Shown here one piece after another: positions 38,703-48,097 of a DNA stretch of 64,000 nucleotides. The notes beneath the pieces were generated by a model. It saw nothing but the letters and a program-made list of their open reading frames with translations. It did not search any database and was not told the origin of the DNA. Position numbers and translations under genes: made by a program. This stretch comes from an uncultured virus (IMG/VR IMGVR_UViG_3300002460_000023). Lineage: Duplodnaviria > Heunggongvirae > Uroviricota > Caudoviricetes. The DNA is taken from positions 1 through 64,000 of IMG/VR virus record IMGVR_UViG_3300002460_000023; one strand, written 5' to 3'. Within the stretch, counting starts at the first letter, position 1; every line of letters begins with the position of its first letter.

Positions 38703-39293
38703 CTAACCAGTAAAATCTCGTTCCTCCAACAGCGTGTACGTGAACGTCTTGGAGTTTCCCAACTTCGCTATGCGTAATGCAAACTCAAGGTGCCTTGGGT
38801 CCGCAAGCACCTGACACATGGCCGACCATTTGTCCACCTGCGTTGAAACCTGCTCAGCATTTGCCCGATGCAGATTTGCCCCGAATAACCCCTCCTCGAT
38901 CGGTTGTCCCTCCGTGTCCAACACGTTGTCCCTGTTAGCGTCACGGTAGACGCGCACGGGACCGCGCTGCACGAATGCCTCATACTTCCCCTGATGCAAA
39001 CCAATCTCCCACATGCCCCTGTACTGCCCCGGCACGATCAAGCCTGTTCCGCTTACATTGATCGGATGCTCACGATAATAGGTGCCGGGGTCCGTCGTGC
39101 CTGGAAATGGCATGTAGACCCATATGCCGCCTTCAAGGTATGAGAAGGTCAGCCAATCGTTGAATGTGTTGGCACCATCGTTCGTGCGCACGCCGATGAT
39201 ATTCAGGTCGTAATGCTGCCCTCTGAAGATGTGATACCCTTTCGCATCCATCGCATGATGGAGCACGCCAAGCGGAGGAGGGTAGAATTCCAT
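38703..39293 (-). CDS. Putative endolysin, YkuD/L,D-transpeptidase-like
   Basis: NIIGVR, NTFND, TTDPG, PGQY, RDANRD, NLHRA...WSAMCQV; last gene of the membrane-protein cassette. Confidence 0.6.
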   Translation of the reverse strand: MEFYPPPLGVLHHAMDAKGYHIFRGQHYDLNIIGVRTNDGANTFNDWLTFSYLEGGIWVYMPFPGTTDPGTYYREHPINVSGTGLIVPGQYRGMWEIGLHQGKYEAFVQRGPVRVYRDANRDNVLDTEGQPIEEGLFGANLHRANAEQVSTQVDKWSAMCQVLADPRHLEFALRIAKLGNSKTFTYTLLEERDFTG

Positions 39294-39781
39294 TACCTGA
39301 ACTCCCTTCGGTATCGGTCGTACCACGTCAGGCCAGCCACCATCAGAGCCACAGCCACCACGAGCATCAGCAGAGGCCACTTCCAATCAGGAAGGGCGAT
39401 GAATACCGCCAGCACGTTGTCGAAGGTGAGCTTGCCCAGCCCCTCATCAAAGATTCGCTCAATCGTGCCGAGCAGCTTCAGGCCAATGGCGCCCTTGATA
39501 AGGGCCTTGCCCCCGTCCTCGAAGCCGTGCCGCCAGCCCCTTCCGTCCATCGTGTTTGCTGGCTTAGTGATTGGCCCACGAGCAACGGCCTCCGCCCTAA
39601 GCTTTCTCACGTAAGCCGTATAGCCTTGCTGATTCAACTTGTTGACCTGCTCAAGGCCACGCCAACGTTTCTCCGCAGCTTCAGCGATCCTGAGATTGGA
39701 GCACTTGCGAGCAGTCTCGCTACACTCTTCTTGTGTCATCTGCTCCACGGGCTTACGGTCCCAAACCGGGGGATTTGGCAC
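39293..39781 (-). CDS. Membrane-anchored hypothetical protein
   Basis: Likely GTG start at 39781 with GGAG SD; C-terminal hydrophobic helices. Confidence 0.55.
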   Translation of the reverse strand: MPNPPVWDRKPVEQMTQEECSETARKCSNLRIAEAAEKRWRGLEQVNKLNQQGYTAYVRKLRAEAVARGPITKPANTMDGRGWRHGFEDGGKALIKGAIGLKLLGTIERIFDEGLGKLTFDNVLAVFIALPDWKWPLLMLVVAVALMVAGLTWYDRYRREFR

Positions 39782-39825
39782 TGCATTCACTCCAGTCTGG
39801 AACAGGTGCCCCCTGTTCTGTTCCG

Positions 39826-40200
39826 TTAGTGTCCGTCGCCAAACAGCCAGTGAACGAAGTCGTCGTAACCAGTCCTCCAGGGCGCCTGAGCCAGCTTCCG
39901 CTTCTCCTTCTGCATGCCCTTGGTCCAACCACGCCAGCAGTAGAACGTCACAAATGGCAAGACGAGTAGGGCATACCACCGAACCACACAGAAGAACGAG
40001 TATAACATCACGGCTACCGTGAACAGCCACACGGGCCATGTAGACAATTTCTTGAGCCAGTGCCAATAGTCACCGAAAAGCTTCATTGGCTTGTTGGGTA
40101 GCATATTCAACGGACTGTGTGCTCCGTCACGCCGCCCGTCCATCGGCACGCAGAAACACAGAAGCAGCATGGCCATTACGCCTACGGCAAGTTCAAACAT
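39826..40200 (-). CDS. Membrane protein
   Basis: SD AGAGGAG; multiple hydrophobic segments. Confidence 0.65.
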   Translation of the reverse strand: MFELAVGVMAMLLLCFCVPMDGRRDGAHSPLNMLPNKPMKLFGDYWHWLKKLSTWPVWLFTVAVMLYSFFCVVRWYALLVLPFVTFYCWRGWTKGMQKEKRKLAQAPWRTGYDDFVHWLFGDGH

Positions 40201-40340
40201 TGTAAGGCTCCTCTTGGTTTAATGAGGCAGAGGATCTTCATTCCCCGAGGAAAATCCTCTGCCCCTCCCCGCCTTCTCCAGACAACGAGCGCCAGTCTCC
40301 CCCTTACTTCGCCAGCACCCGATGCAGTCTTGGAGAAGGT

Positions 40341-41126
40341 TTATCCTTCAGTGGCCACGGCCTCTTCGTCATCCTGTGCAGGCATCAATTTCTGAAGACG
40401 CTTTCTTGCCCGCTCTTTCAATGCTTGCGGACATTCGTCAGAGCGCAGGCATTCCCTAAGCTCCTTAACGCTCATATGATCCACGGGCTCATCAGTTTCC
40501 CAAGGCTTTGAAGAATCAGGCTCATGGCCATTCGACACGGACGCGGACATTTGAAAGGCCGCATCCCGACTCTCAACATCCGACTTGCTTGACCCGAAGA
40601 AGTAATTGAGCACCGCACCGAACCCAGCGGTCAGCGCCCCGAACAACTGATTGATGTATCCTTCACTGCCGGGCGCTAAAGGCTGGAAGATGAGTATGCC
40701 AAGCAATCCAAAGAACCCGCCAACTACTACCCACGACAGCACCAGCATGTTCAAATCACGGTGGCCTGTGACTTTCGTAATCTCCATTTCACGTTCACGG
40801 GCACCAGCCCGGTCAACTTGGTGAACCTTGTGCTCCTCAAGGCCAAGCCGCTCCCTTTCCACGTCCAGCTTGGCAAACTCAAGCTGAAGGGTCTTCAGGT
40901 CAACCTCGTTGTCCATCTGCGCTTGCAGAATACGTGCCGCCGCTTCTGGGTCATTGGCAAGGGCTTTCTCCAGGACTGCTGGGTCATCACTCTGTATACC
41001 GAGTGCCCCCTTGACGAGTCCAAGAGCTATCTTCCCCGCTGCTCCGGCCGGAGTCATCTCGATCACGTTCCCGATCAGTCCGGCACCGGGAATCTTCTGA
41101 ATGAGTTGACCAAGCTTCTTGAACAT
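40341..41126 (-). CDS. Holin-like protein (3TM/GTA-holin type)
   Basis: DRAGARERE...LSWVVVGGFFGLL...AVLNYFFGSS. Confidence 0.7.
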   Translation of the reverse strand: MFKKLGQLIQKIPGAGLIGNVIEMTPAGAAGKIALGLVKGALGIQSDDPAVLEKALANDPEAAARILQAQMDNEVDLKTLQLEFAKLDVERERLGLEEHKVHQVDRAGAREREMEITKVTGHRDLNMLVLSWVVVGGFFGLLGILIFQPLAPGSEGYINQLFGALTAGFGAVLNYFFGSSKSDVESRDAAFQMSASVSNGHEPDSSKPWETDEPVDHMSVKELRECLRSDECPQALKERARKRLQKLMPAQDDEEAVATEG

Positions 41127-41168
41127 TTGAAAGCCTCTCTGCCTGCCCCCGTGTGCGCGGGGGTTCTT

Positions 41169-41480
41169 TTACTCGCTCACAGCTACTACAACCTTGAACC
41201 GGCCGAACTGTACCTTGAGCCAGTTAATAGTCATCGACGTGAGCCCAGCCACGACCGGTGTCACCTTCTCGTCCTTCAGGAACTCAGGTAGCCCCAGCCA
41301 GTCTACCAGTACAAGCCAGACCCACGCTCCCGAAACACCGCCTCCAGCGATGCACGAGCCCTTAGTGATCTTCAGCCAGCCGGCCCGTGTGATCTTGCCC
41401 CACGGTATCTCTTGCACCTGTGCGTTCACGGTCTTGAGCCCTTCGACAGCCAGTTTCTTGATTGGATTCCAAACCACCAT
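41169..41480 (-). CDS. Small membrane protein, putative holin
   Basis: SD AAGGAGG; two hydrophobic segments. Confidence 0.6.
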   Translation of the reverse strand: MVVWNPIKKLAVEGLKTVNAQVQEIPWGKITRAGWLKITKGSCIAGGGVSGAWVWLVLVDWLGLPEFLKDEKVTPVVAGLTSMTINWLKVQFGRFKVVVAVSE

Positions 41481-41489
41481 GCCCCTCCT

Positions 41490-41891
41490 TTATGTCATCG
41501 GGCGGTAGTTGCGTTCCAGCAGGGTGTGCGCTATCCCAAATACCATGCGACGCACACAGTCCATCAGGTCGTTCAGGTCCGGCGGCTTGACGACATATTC
41601 AGTCGCACCGGCATTGCAGCACCGAGTTTCCGTATCTGGATCGTCACACGCCGTCAGCACAGTCACATTCTTGGGATGCGCCGCATCAAGTAAGTCTGCC
41701 CCGTTCATATCAGGCAGGCCAATGTCCAGGATCATGGACCGGCACTCATTCTCCTGCAAAGCAGTTAACGCTTCCGCACCCGTGCGACACTTAAGCACAA
41801 TGGCCTTTGGCGTAACTTCCTTGATCGACCGCTCGATGAGCAAGGCTACAACTTCCTCATCTTCGACCACCAAAAAGTCCACGACGGCCAT
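41490..41891 (-). CDS. Single-domain response regulator (CheY-like receiver)
   Basis: LVVEDE, ILDIGLPDMNG, VLTA, GATEYVVKP. Confidence 0.9.
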   Translation of the reverse strand: MAVVDFLVVEDEEVVALLIERSIKEVTPKAIVLKCRTGAEALTALQENECRSMILDIGLPDMNGADLLDAAHPKNVTVLTACDDPDTETRCCNAGATEYVVKPPDLNDLMDCVRRMVFGIAHTLLERNYRPMT

Positions 41892-41904
41892 TGTGATGTA
41901 TCTC

Positions 41905-42180
41905 CTACTTGCGCCGCAGGTCTTTCAGCATTTCGAGAACGGCGTGAATATCCTGTTGCAGTGTCTTGGGTGCGTTCTGTTCAAGACCACGTACACGTTC
42001 CTCAACGGCATCTATCTTCCTCTCGTGTTCCACCGTCAGCTTGCTCAGGTACTCCAAAGACTTGTCCTGAGTTGCCTGATCCCTGAACACCTTGACTGTG
42101 TGCGCCAACCCAGCTATCAGAACAGCCCCAACCAAGCTGCCGATTATCTGCGCCCAAGGAAGCACTTCCATTCCGCACAC
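41905..42180 (-). CDS. TM plus coiled-coil protein (holin/antiholin-like)
   Basis: N-terminal TM; C-terminal heptads KIDAVEERVRGLE. Confidence 0.6.
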   Translation of the reverse strand: MCGMEVLPWAQIIGSLVGAVLIAGLAHTVKVFRDQATQDKSLEYLSKLTVEHERKIDAVEERVRGLEQNAPKTLQQDIHAVLEMLKDLRRK

Positions 42181-42217
42181 CTCTTATTCCAGTGAAGTGC
42201 CCCCTCGGACTACTTGC

Positions 42218-42415
42218 TCAAGCTACGGAAGCCAGTTGATCATTCAACCTTGCGATGATCGTCGCGGCCGATGCCTTACTGCACCTGATGGTCATAGGGT
42301 TGACCGCTTCTACCTTTGCTACGTTGACGGACTCCACAAAGAACAGGGGCACGCCACCCCAGAAAGCCAGTTCCACCCCGGACGAGGTAGCCACCTTGGG
42401 GAAGGACAGTTTCAC
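42218..42415 (-). CDS. Small hypothetical protein
   Basis: Fills the gap on the coding strand. Confidence 0.45.
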   Translation of the reverse strand: MKLSFPKVATSSGVELAFWGGVPLFFVESVNVAKVEAVNPMTIRCSKASAATIIARLNDQLASVA

Positions 42416-42442
42416 CCACGAGCCATCGGCTTCGCCTACCTG

Positions 42443-42805
42443 CTAATTGCCAGCAGCTTCTTTAAGCTTCGTCTTCAGCTCACCAAAGTTTGACGCTACC
42501 CAATGGCTACCTCGGGACACAATCAGGGCAGTGAGGAACTGCCCGCCGTCAAACTTCAAGCTCGTATCACTGAAGAGCTGTGCCGTGTAAAGGACCTCCA
42601 GCGCGGAGAATCCCATTGTGCAGCAGGCGACGTACGACACCGCCACCGAGATCAGCATCTTGATGTGAAAACCGGACAGCCGGCTTGCTACGGCGCTCCA
42701 GGTGAAGAGCCGGTCCAAGGCAGCTTCGACCAACCACGCCATCAAGATCGCAAGGACAGCGATCATGCCGACACGTTCCAGAAGCTGCGTAAATGTGATT
42801 TCCAT
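42443..42805 (-). CDS. Membrane protein, putative holin
   Basis: Three hydrophobic helices; LTALIVSRGSHWV motif. Confidence 0.65.
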   Translation of the reverse strand: MEITFTQLLERVGMIAVLAILMAWLVEAALDRLFTWSAVASRLSGFHIKMLISVAVSYVACCTMGFSALEVLYTAQLFSDTSLKFDGGQFLTALIVSRGSHWVASNFGELKTKLKEAAGN

Positions 42806-42824
42806 TACATTCCATCCTTTATTC

Positions 42825-43112
42825 TTAAGGTTTCTCCAGCCAGGCCACCCTCCCAACCTCCGCCTTCAACGTCGAATCCCCCCTCACCTCCACGATCCGG
42901 AGGACCTCCGTCAGGATCGCCGTCTGCCGGCGGAGCTCCTGCTCGGTCTCCCAAAGCGTCGTCGTCCGCCGCCACAGCTCGACCTGGAGGGCGGAGGGCT
43001 GCCCAGGCTGTCCATAGGCTTGGGCAAACGCGAGGGTCCCGAGGAAGAGGACCAGACCGAACACGATCAGCCTAACGGCTGTCGCCGGTGGGAACTTGAG
43101 TCTTGGGGTCAT
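42825..43112 (-). CDS. Signal/TM-anchored coiled-coil protein
   Basis: LIVFGLVLFLGTLAFAQA followed by coiled coil. Confidence 0.55.
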   Translation of the reverse strand: MTPRLKFPPATAVRLIVFGLVLFLGTLAFAQAYGQPGQPSALQVELWRRTTTLWETEQELRRQTAILTEVLRIVEVRGDSTLKAEVGRVAWLEKP

Positions 43113-43594
43113 CGCCGGAACCCCGCAATGTCAGTCGTCACATCCACGCCGGACGAATCCATCACCGTCCGCCGCACCGTGAGGGTGTCAGAGAGCCCGA
43201 GGGCCAAGTCCTGAACGACGTAGTTGGCGACCTGAAGCACCACGGTCTTGGTGAGGCTGCCCAGCGACGGCAGTGCCGTCCGGAGTGCCGCGTCTGCGAC
43301 GGCGGGAGTGTAGGTCACAATCCTTGTCCGTCTCAGGTCGGGGTCGAGGCGGTAGAGCTTGCCTGCCCGTAGGCGCACGTTGTTCAGGGCCACGTTGCCG
43401 ATCCCGGAGCCTTGCTCTTGGGCGACCGTCGAGTCGTTGGTGGCGACGAACACCGGGAGGTCAACGCCGATGTTTTGGACTGTCCAGCCCGTCGAATCGC
43501 TCTCCGCTATCCAGTAGGTGACCCTATGGTCGAGGTCGGAGGCATTGATCGAAAATGACGACAACAACAGCACAGCCGCGAGTGACTTCATCAT
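43109..43594 (-). CDS. Secreted-type hypothetical protein
   Basis: Signal-like MKSLAAVLLLSSFSINA; SD AAGGGAGG. Confidence 0.65.
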   Translation of the reverse strand: MMKSLAAVLLLSSFSINASDLDHRVTYWIAESDSTGWTVQNIGVDLPVFVATNDSTVAQEQGSGIGNVALNNVRLRAGKLYRLDPDLRRTRIVTYTPAVADAALRTALPSLGSLTKTVVLQVANYVVQDLALGLSDTLTVRRTVMDSSGVDVTTDIAGFRR

Positions 43595-43609
43595 TGCAGT
43601 GATCCTCCC

Positions 43610-44764
43610 TTACCTGTCCTTCATGTTGAAAACGCCTATGTTGGCAGAAGCTCCGATCCTGTTTTCGACCTCTACGTACCAAATCGACGCGGCGGCATAG
43701 GAGTAGATGCCGAGTTGATCGTTTGCCCCCGTGGTGCCAGTCGGATCTGTCGTCCCAAACTCCCAGGTATAGCTGCCTCCTTGAGCCAGGATCGCACCAG
43801 CACCTCCAGCGATATGGGAGCGGATGCCCACGATCGCATACGCACCGGCGCCAGAGGCTTCATTGTACACAGTGAGCAGGTAAATTCCGGAGTAAGACCC
43901 GGCCCCGCTCATCGTCTCGATGACGGCAGTGCCATCGTCGGCCACAGAAATGTCACCGCCGTTTAGCGACACAGGGCCAGTGAANCCCCCACCCCGTAGA
44001 ACAAGCGGGTTTGAGCCTGTGGAGCCGCCGCTCTGGTAGGAATATATGCCTGCCCCCGCGATGCCTGGCCCGACACCAGGTGTCGTTACTTGGACTCCCT
44101 GGCCGGTGACCGAGTCGTATGTCACGTCAAGCCCGTCACCAGTCTGGCTCGCATTGTCCGCGTGGATCTTGGCCGTAGGGATCGCATCCGCCGCGTTGCG
44201 GTAGGCGTAGAGGGACCCAGCCGCGCCGGTGGTGGTGCCGATCATCAGCTCGCCATCAGCGGCGAGGAACATATTATCCACCCACGTTATAGCACCACCG
44301 GCTGCCCCAACAACGGCCGTGTTCCACTTGTGAGTCCCATCTACCTGGAGGTATCGCGACGCTTCGTCTGCGATGATATACTTTTCTGTGCCGTCATGAA
44401 ATATGTTAGCGGTAATGGCAAGAGCGGAACCAGCACCAGCACCATCGGCGTTAGCAAAGATCGTCCCAACCTCTCCGATCTGCATTGCATCCAGTACGCT
44501 CGTCCACGTCTCCGGCGTCACTCCGATTCCGAGCCGCTTGCCTGCGGAAACCACCACGTTGGCCGTGGCGGAAGTTATGATCGGCGTCGTCACGCTCGTC
44601 GTGGCCACGAACGTCGGCGCCTTCACCCCGCCCTCGGACCGTATCCCAAGCTGCACCGTCAGGGAGTCGGTGATCGACAGGTGGTAGGCGATCGTCCTCA
44701 CCTCTGCGGCGGCAGGCCCGGCGAGGCCCAGCAGGAGCAGAAGCACAGCCCATCGTCGTCCCAT
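43610..44764 (-). CDS. Tail-fibre-like protein with N-terminal signal peptide
   Basis: RLGIGVTP..., ASRYLQVDGTHKW...AITW...GELMIGTT fibre repeats; MGRRWAVLLLLLGLAGPAAA; ambiguous base at 43985. Confidence 0.65.
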   Translation of the reverse strand: MGRRWAVLLLLLGLAGPAAAEVRTIAYHLSITDSLTVQLGIRSEGGVKAPTFVATTSVTTPIITSATANVVVSAGKRLGIGVTPETWTSVLDAMQIGEVGTIFANADGAGAGSALAITANIFHDGTEKYIIADEASRYLQVDGTHKWNTAVVGAAGGAITWVDNMFLAADGELMIGTTTGAAGSLYAYRNAADAIPTAKIHADNASQTGDGLDVTYDSVTGQGVQVTTPGVGPGIAGAGIYSYQSGGSTGSNPLVLRGGXFTGPVSLNGGDISVADDGTAVIETMSGAGSYSGIYLLTVYNEASGAGAYAIVGIRSHIAGGAGAILAQGGSYTWEFGTTDPTGTTGANDQLGIYSYAAASIWYVEVENRIGASANIGVFNMKDR

Positions 44765-44782
44765 CGCAATCCTCCTCTCGTA

Positions 44783-45145
44783 TCAGAATGTCGCCCCGGC
44801 CGACGTCGCCCCGGCCACGATCGCGTTGCCGTCAGTCACGCTGGCCGGCGTGGCGTTGACCTTGCTGGTTCCGATCTTCACCCGGAGCGCCACGGGTGTG
44901 ATCGTGTTGTCGATCCACAACGCCGCAAAGTAGCCGGCGTCGTTCTTCAGGAACATCGAGGCAGTAAAATCTCCTTTGTGATGACCGTCAGAACCGTCAA
45001 CACCCGTATTATTGAACACATGATCAATAGCATAGCGTTCCTTGAGCGCGTCCGTGTTGTTGCTGAGGTTGTTGTGATGCGACGCCTTCGTGGGGTCACC
45101 TACAACAACAGTGAGTCCGTCAGTGAAAGTCTCTGAGAAAGGCAT
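44783..45145 (-). CDS. Putative minor tail protein
   Basis: VVGDPTKASHHNNLSNNTDALKE resembles tail fibre N-terminal anchors. Confidence 0.55.
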   Translation of the reverse strand: MPFSETFTDGLTVVVGDPTKASHHNNLSNNTDALKERYAIDHVFNNTGVDGSDGHHKGDFTASMFLKNDAGYFAALWIDNTITPVALRVKIGTSKVNATPASVTDGNAIVAGATSAGATF

Positions 45146-45162
45146 TGCCCGAGTACCCCATT

Positions 45163-45597
45163 TTAGCTATTTGGAAAGCAGTATAAGTCCCCTACGCTGG
45201 TTTCCTCTTTACGCTTTCTGGCACCCATGATCCTATCTAGCTTTTCAGCGGCAGCCCTATCTTCGGCGGAGATCATGCGGACAACCGCTGAAGCTATTTC
45301 CCTAGAAGCCGCTTGCTGCTCGTACATGCTTACAATTTCTCTGCACGCAGAAACCACCTCTAGAGCGGTAGCTTCTCGCTCTAGACCCATCTGCCCTTGG
45401 GCCTTCGTTAAGGCTTCCAGGATGTTCTTGGTCTGGTGGGTCACCCCAAGTAGGCCCCCGGTAACCCTATCCCGCTGTATGAAGACCACAAACGCCGTGG
45501 TGAAGAACGGCGGGTGGCCTTCTCCGTAGCCCACAGCCTCAGCTTCTATTTCCTCACCGTCTTTGTAACGGTTCACTAAACCCCCTATGGAGACCAC
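45163..45597 (-). CDS. Hypothetical protein
   Basis: ORF following the tail tip gene. Confidence 0.55.
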   Translation of the reverse strand: MVSIGGLVNRYKDGEEIEAEAVGYGEGHPPFFTTAFVVFIQRDRVTGGLLGVTHQTKNILEALTKAQGQMGLEREATALEVVSACREIVSMYEQQAASREIASAVVRMISAEDRAAAEKLDRIMGARKRKEETSVGDLYCFPNS

Positions 45598-47258
45598 TTG
45601 CTGATGGCAGTAGTGGCATCCCCAAGAACGACATTACCATCGTCCTCTGTCCACCACCCGTATAAAAACCGCTGTGCATAGGTCGCGGAAGCCCAAACAG
45701 GTGCATCATCCGGAGCCCAAGAGCCGTAGCTAACAATGCGGCTGATATCCCACATCGTCAAAACAACATCAAAGGTCTCAGGGTCAAGACTGACACCGCG
45801 TACCTGGTGTGGAACAACGTCGAAGTAAGCAAGCCCATCCTTACGATTCTGTATGTCAAGATAGCAGCGGTCGGCTATGTAATGAAGAACAGCTCGGTTC
45901 TTGAAAGTGGCTTGGACGTTGATAGGCTCTTTACTGAAAACAAAGAGTAGAGTTTCCTTCCTTGTTGTTGAATCTGCATCCCTGTAAAGCCAGTTAAACT
46001 GAAACTCACGGTGTATAGTAGCTCCAAGGTCGTCTATTGAATCTTGACTCTTAGAATCAGTTGTTTGATACCGACCGGTCTCTGGATTGAATTTATAGCC
46101 AACAGAAATGCTGTTGAAGAAGTTACCGGACTCGTCATAGCTGACAACGGGGAAAGTGTCTTCAGCTAGATCGGTCTCGTAGAACGTCGAGATGCTCGTA
46201 AGGTCCTGCTCTACAAGGCTGGTTCTAGCGTGGTACTGCCCATCCTTGATGTAAAAGTCAATGCCAACATCGCGGCATATCTCGTTGATGAGCTCCGTAG
46301 AATCCTGCACTTCAGTAATATGCTTACGGAGCTTGAACGGGGCGTCTGTTTCCAGATCATTGAAGGATGTTACGTTGATACTTGTCGTTGGGATACCCAA
46401 ATGCGTTTGCAGGAGGTATTTCAAGATGCGGCTAGGGCTCTCAATCAGTGTGCCGTTAGAAGTCTGAGCCCCTTTAGCGTGCACCGTAATAACGTCACGG
46501 CCAGGATCAAAGGCAACGTCTAGTATAAACGAGCCATCCGTCAAGTTTACACTGCTAAAGCTAACAGCAGTAAACGAAGTAAGACCCGCCTGCTTATAGA
46601 CGTGCCCAATCTGCTGGACACCCCAACCCGATATGCGGAACTTCCTCGTGGTGGTGTTTATGCAGACCGTGCGTATGCGCTGTGAGCCCGCTGTGCTGGA
46701 CCAATCCCCAAGAAGCAACTGCTTGGGGTCCGTAAGGAAATTCACATCCAACGTAGGGTATTCAGCAGTCTCGTAACGGGGATACGTTGGGGCACCGCTA
46801 GACTCGATGGGGAGGGGCTTTGCCTCGTGCGTTCGGCGGTCGTTTACGCTGATGAAAGCTTCCTTGTCGTTCCACCGAACACCGTTAGGGAAACGGATAC
46901 GTCCCTCAAACATCTGCGTAAAGTGCGTAGCCAGAACGAGGTTACTGCTAGCCCCCGGTGTCTGGTCGCCCCCAATGTAAATCTTGACCGTTCGGTTGCC
47001 CCACGTCTTCGCACGGAACAATCCAGTGAAGTATTGCGTCGTGTTGTCAACGGTAAGACTTATACCAGCAGAAATCTGCGTTGGATCAAGGAGATCGGTA
47101 AGCTGAGTGGCAATGCTTGGCGCTTGTCTCAACCGAGCTTGGTAGGGTTGCCCACCAACAACGCACGGCGTGTTCGACAGATAGAGGGTCTGCCCCGTCA
47201 ACTCAATGTGAACGAGATATGTCCACCGGCCAGACCGCGCTGTAGTGTTGAAGGCCAT
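45585..47258 (-). CDS. Tail tip / baseplate hub-like protein
   Basis: Position after Dit-like gene; beta-rich; NSISVGYKFN and RKETLLFVFS patterns. Confidence 0.65.
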   Translation of the reverse strand: MAFNTTARSGRWTYLVHIELTGQTLYLSNTPCVVGGQPYQARLRQAPSIATQLTDLLDPTQISAGISLTVDNTTQYFTGLFRAKTWGNRTVKIYIGGDQTPGASSNLVLATHFTQMFEGRIRFPNGVRWNDKEAFISVNDRRTHEAKPLPIESSGAPTYPRYETAEYPTLDVNFLTDPKQLLLGDWSSTAGSQRIRTVCINTTTRKFRISGWGVQQIGHVYKQAGLTSFTAVSFSSVNLTDGSFILDVAFDPGRDVITVHAKGAQTSNGTLIESPSRILKYLLQTHLGIPTTSINVTSFNDLETDAPFKLRKHITEVQDSTELINEICRDVGIDFYIKDGQYHARTSLVEQDLTSISTFYETDLAEDTFPVVSYDESGNFFNSISVGYKFNPETGRYQTTDSKSQDSIDDLGATIHREFQFNWLYRDADSTTRKETLLFVFSKEPINVQATFKNRAVLHYIADRCYLDIQNRKDGLAYFDVVPHQVRGVSLDPETFDVVLTMWDISRIVSYGSWAPDDAPVWASATYAQRFLYGWWTEDDGNVVLGDATTAISKWSP

Positions 47259-47287
47259 CTAGGCTACCTTAAACACAGGTAAAGTCT

Positions 47288-48097
47288 TCAAACGCCGTTC
47301 CACCCAACGTCCTCGCGAAAGCTAAAGCCTTCCAAACCGTGCAGATCAACAATACCGTGCGTCCGTTGAAGCTGGCTCATTTCAAAGTTACCGTAAAGAG
47401 CCGACAGCGAAGGGTTGTTCAGTGCGTCGTAGACAATAACAATGGGCGTCGTCATACCCTTCGTACGGTAAATGGCCTCCAACAGCAGACGGTCACTCGT
47501 TGACAGCGGGTTACTGCCCGATTGCCAGCCAAAGCTAAGTTGCTCGTAGCTCGGGTAGCTGGCTCCATAGACGCCACCAAACCGAGCCCTGGATACAATG
47601 TCCGGCTTAACAATGTTAGCTGTAAAGCCATTATTGAAGTTGTAAGTCGGGGACACGTAAGTACCCAGCCAGAACCTGCCTACTTCCACGTAGGTATCCG
47701 AGTTACTGCTATCCTGTATTCGCAGCCGCCAGTAACGGTAGGTCTGATCTAGGAAGAAGCCAATCTTCGGGATCACTTGGCTTAGACTGTCGCTGACGAT
47801 CGTCAGGGCTTGCGTGTAAGAGGGGGCACCCCACGAGTCAGCAGCATTAGCTTGCAGGGTTACAGTAGCCCCTGAAGTAAAGTTGTGCCCGAATATACCA
47901 CAGAAGGTAACCTGCTTGGCAGAACCCATATCAATGACAACGTTTTCATCGCTGTCACCAGTTGTACGCCAGGGCACCGCTACAAACTCATCCTGGAGGT
48001 TGTCATCGGGAAAGTTCGTAGCCGCAGAGGACCCGGTTATTACAGAAGCCGTGTCAACCAGATTCGTGTGAAGAATACGTGTAGTAACGGCGGCCAT
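47288..48097 (-). CDS. Distal tail-like protein with discoidin-like domain
   Basis: Immediately after TMP (TAATG overlap); GHNFT, YRYWRLRI, YVEVGRFWLG. Confidence 0.65.
   Translation of the reverse strand: MAAVTTRILHTNLVDTASVITGSSAATNFPDDNLQDEFVAVPWRTTGDSDENVVIDMGSAKQVTFCGIFGHNFTSGATVTLQANAADSWGAPSYTQALTIVSDSLSQVIPKIGFFLDQTYRYWRLRIQDSSNSDTYVEVGRFWLGTYVSPTYNFNNGFTANIVKPDIVSRARFGGVYGASYPSYEQLSFGWQSGSNPLSTSDRLLLEAIYRTKGMTTPIVIVYDALNNPSLSALYGNFEMSQLQRTHGIVDLHGLEGFSFREDVGWNGV

Noticed and set aside
40073..40080. Third copy of the CCGAAAAG junction motif
   Set aside because: On the plus strand inside a CDS and lacks the CTAGG/CCTG flanks and stems
43610..47258. Diversity-generating retroelement targeting the fibre
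   Set aside because: No reverse transcriptase and no template/variable repeat pair seen in the window
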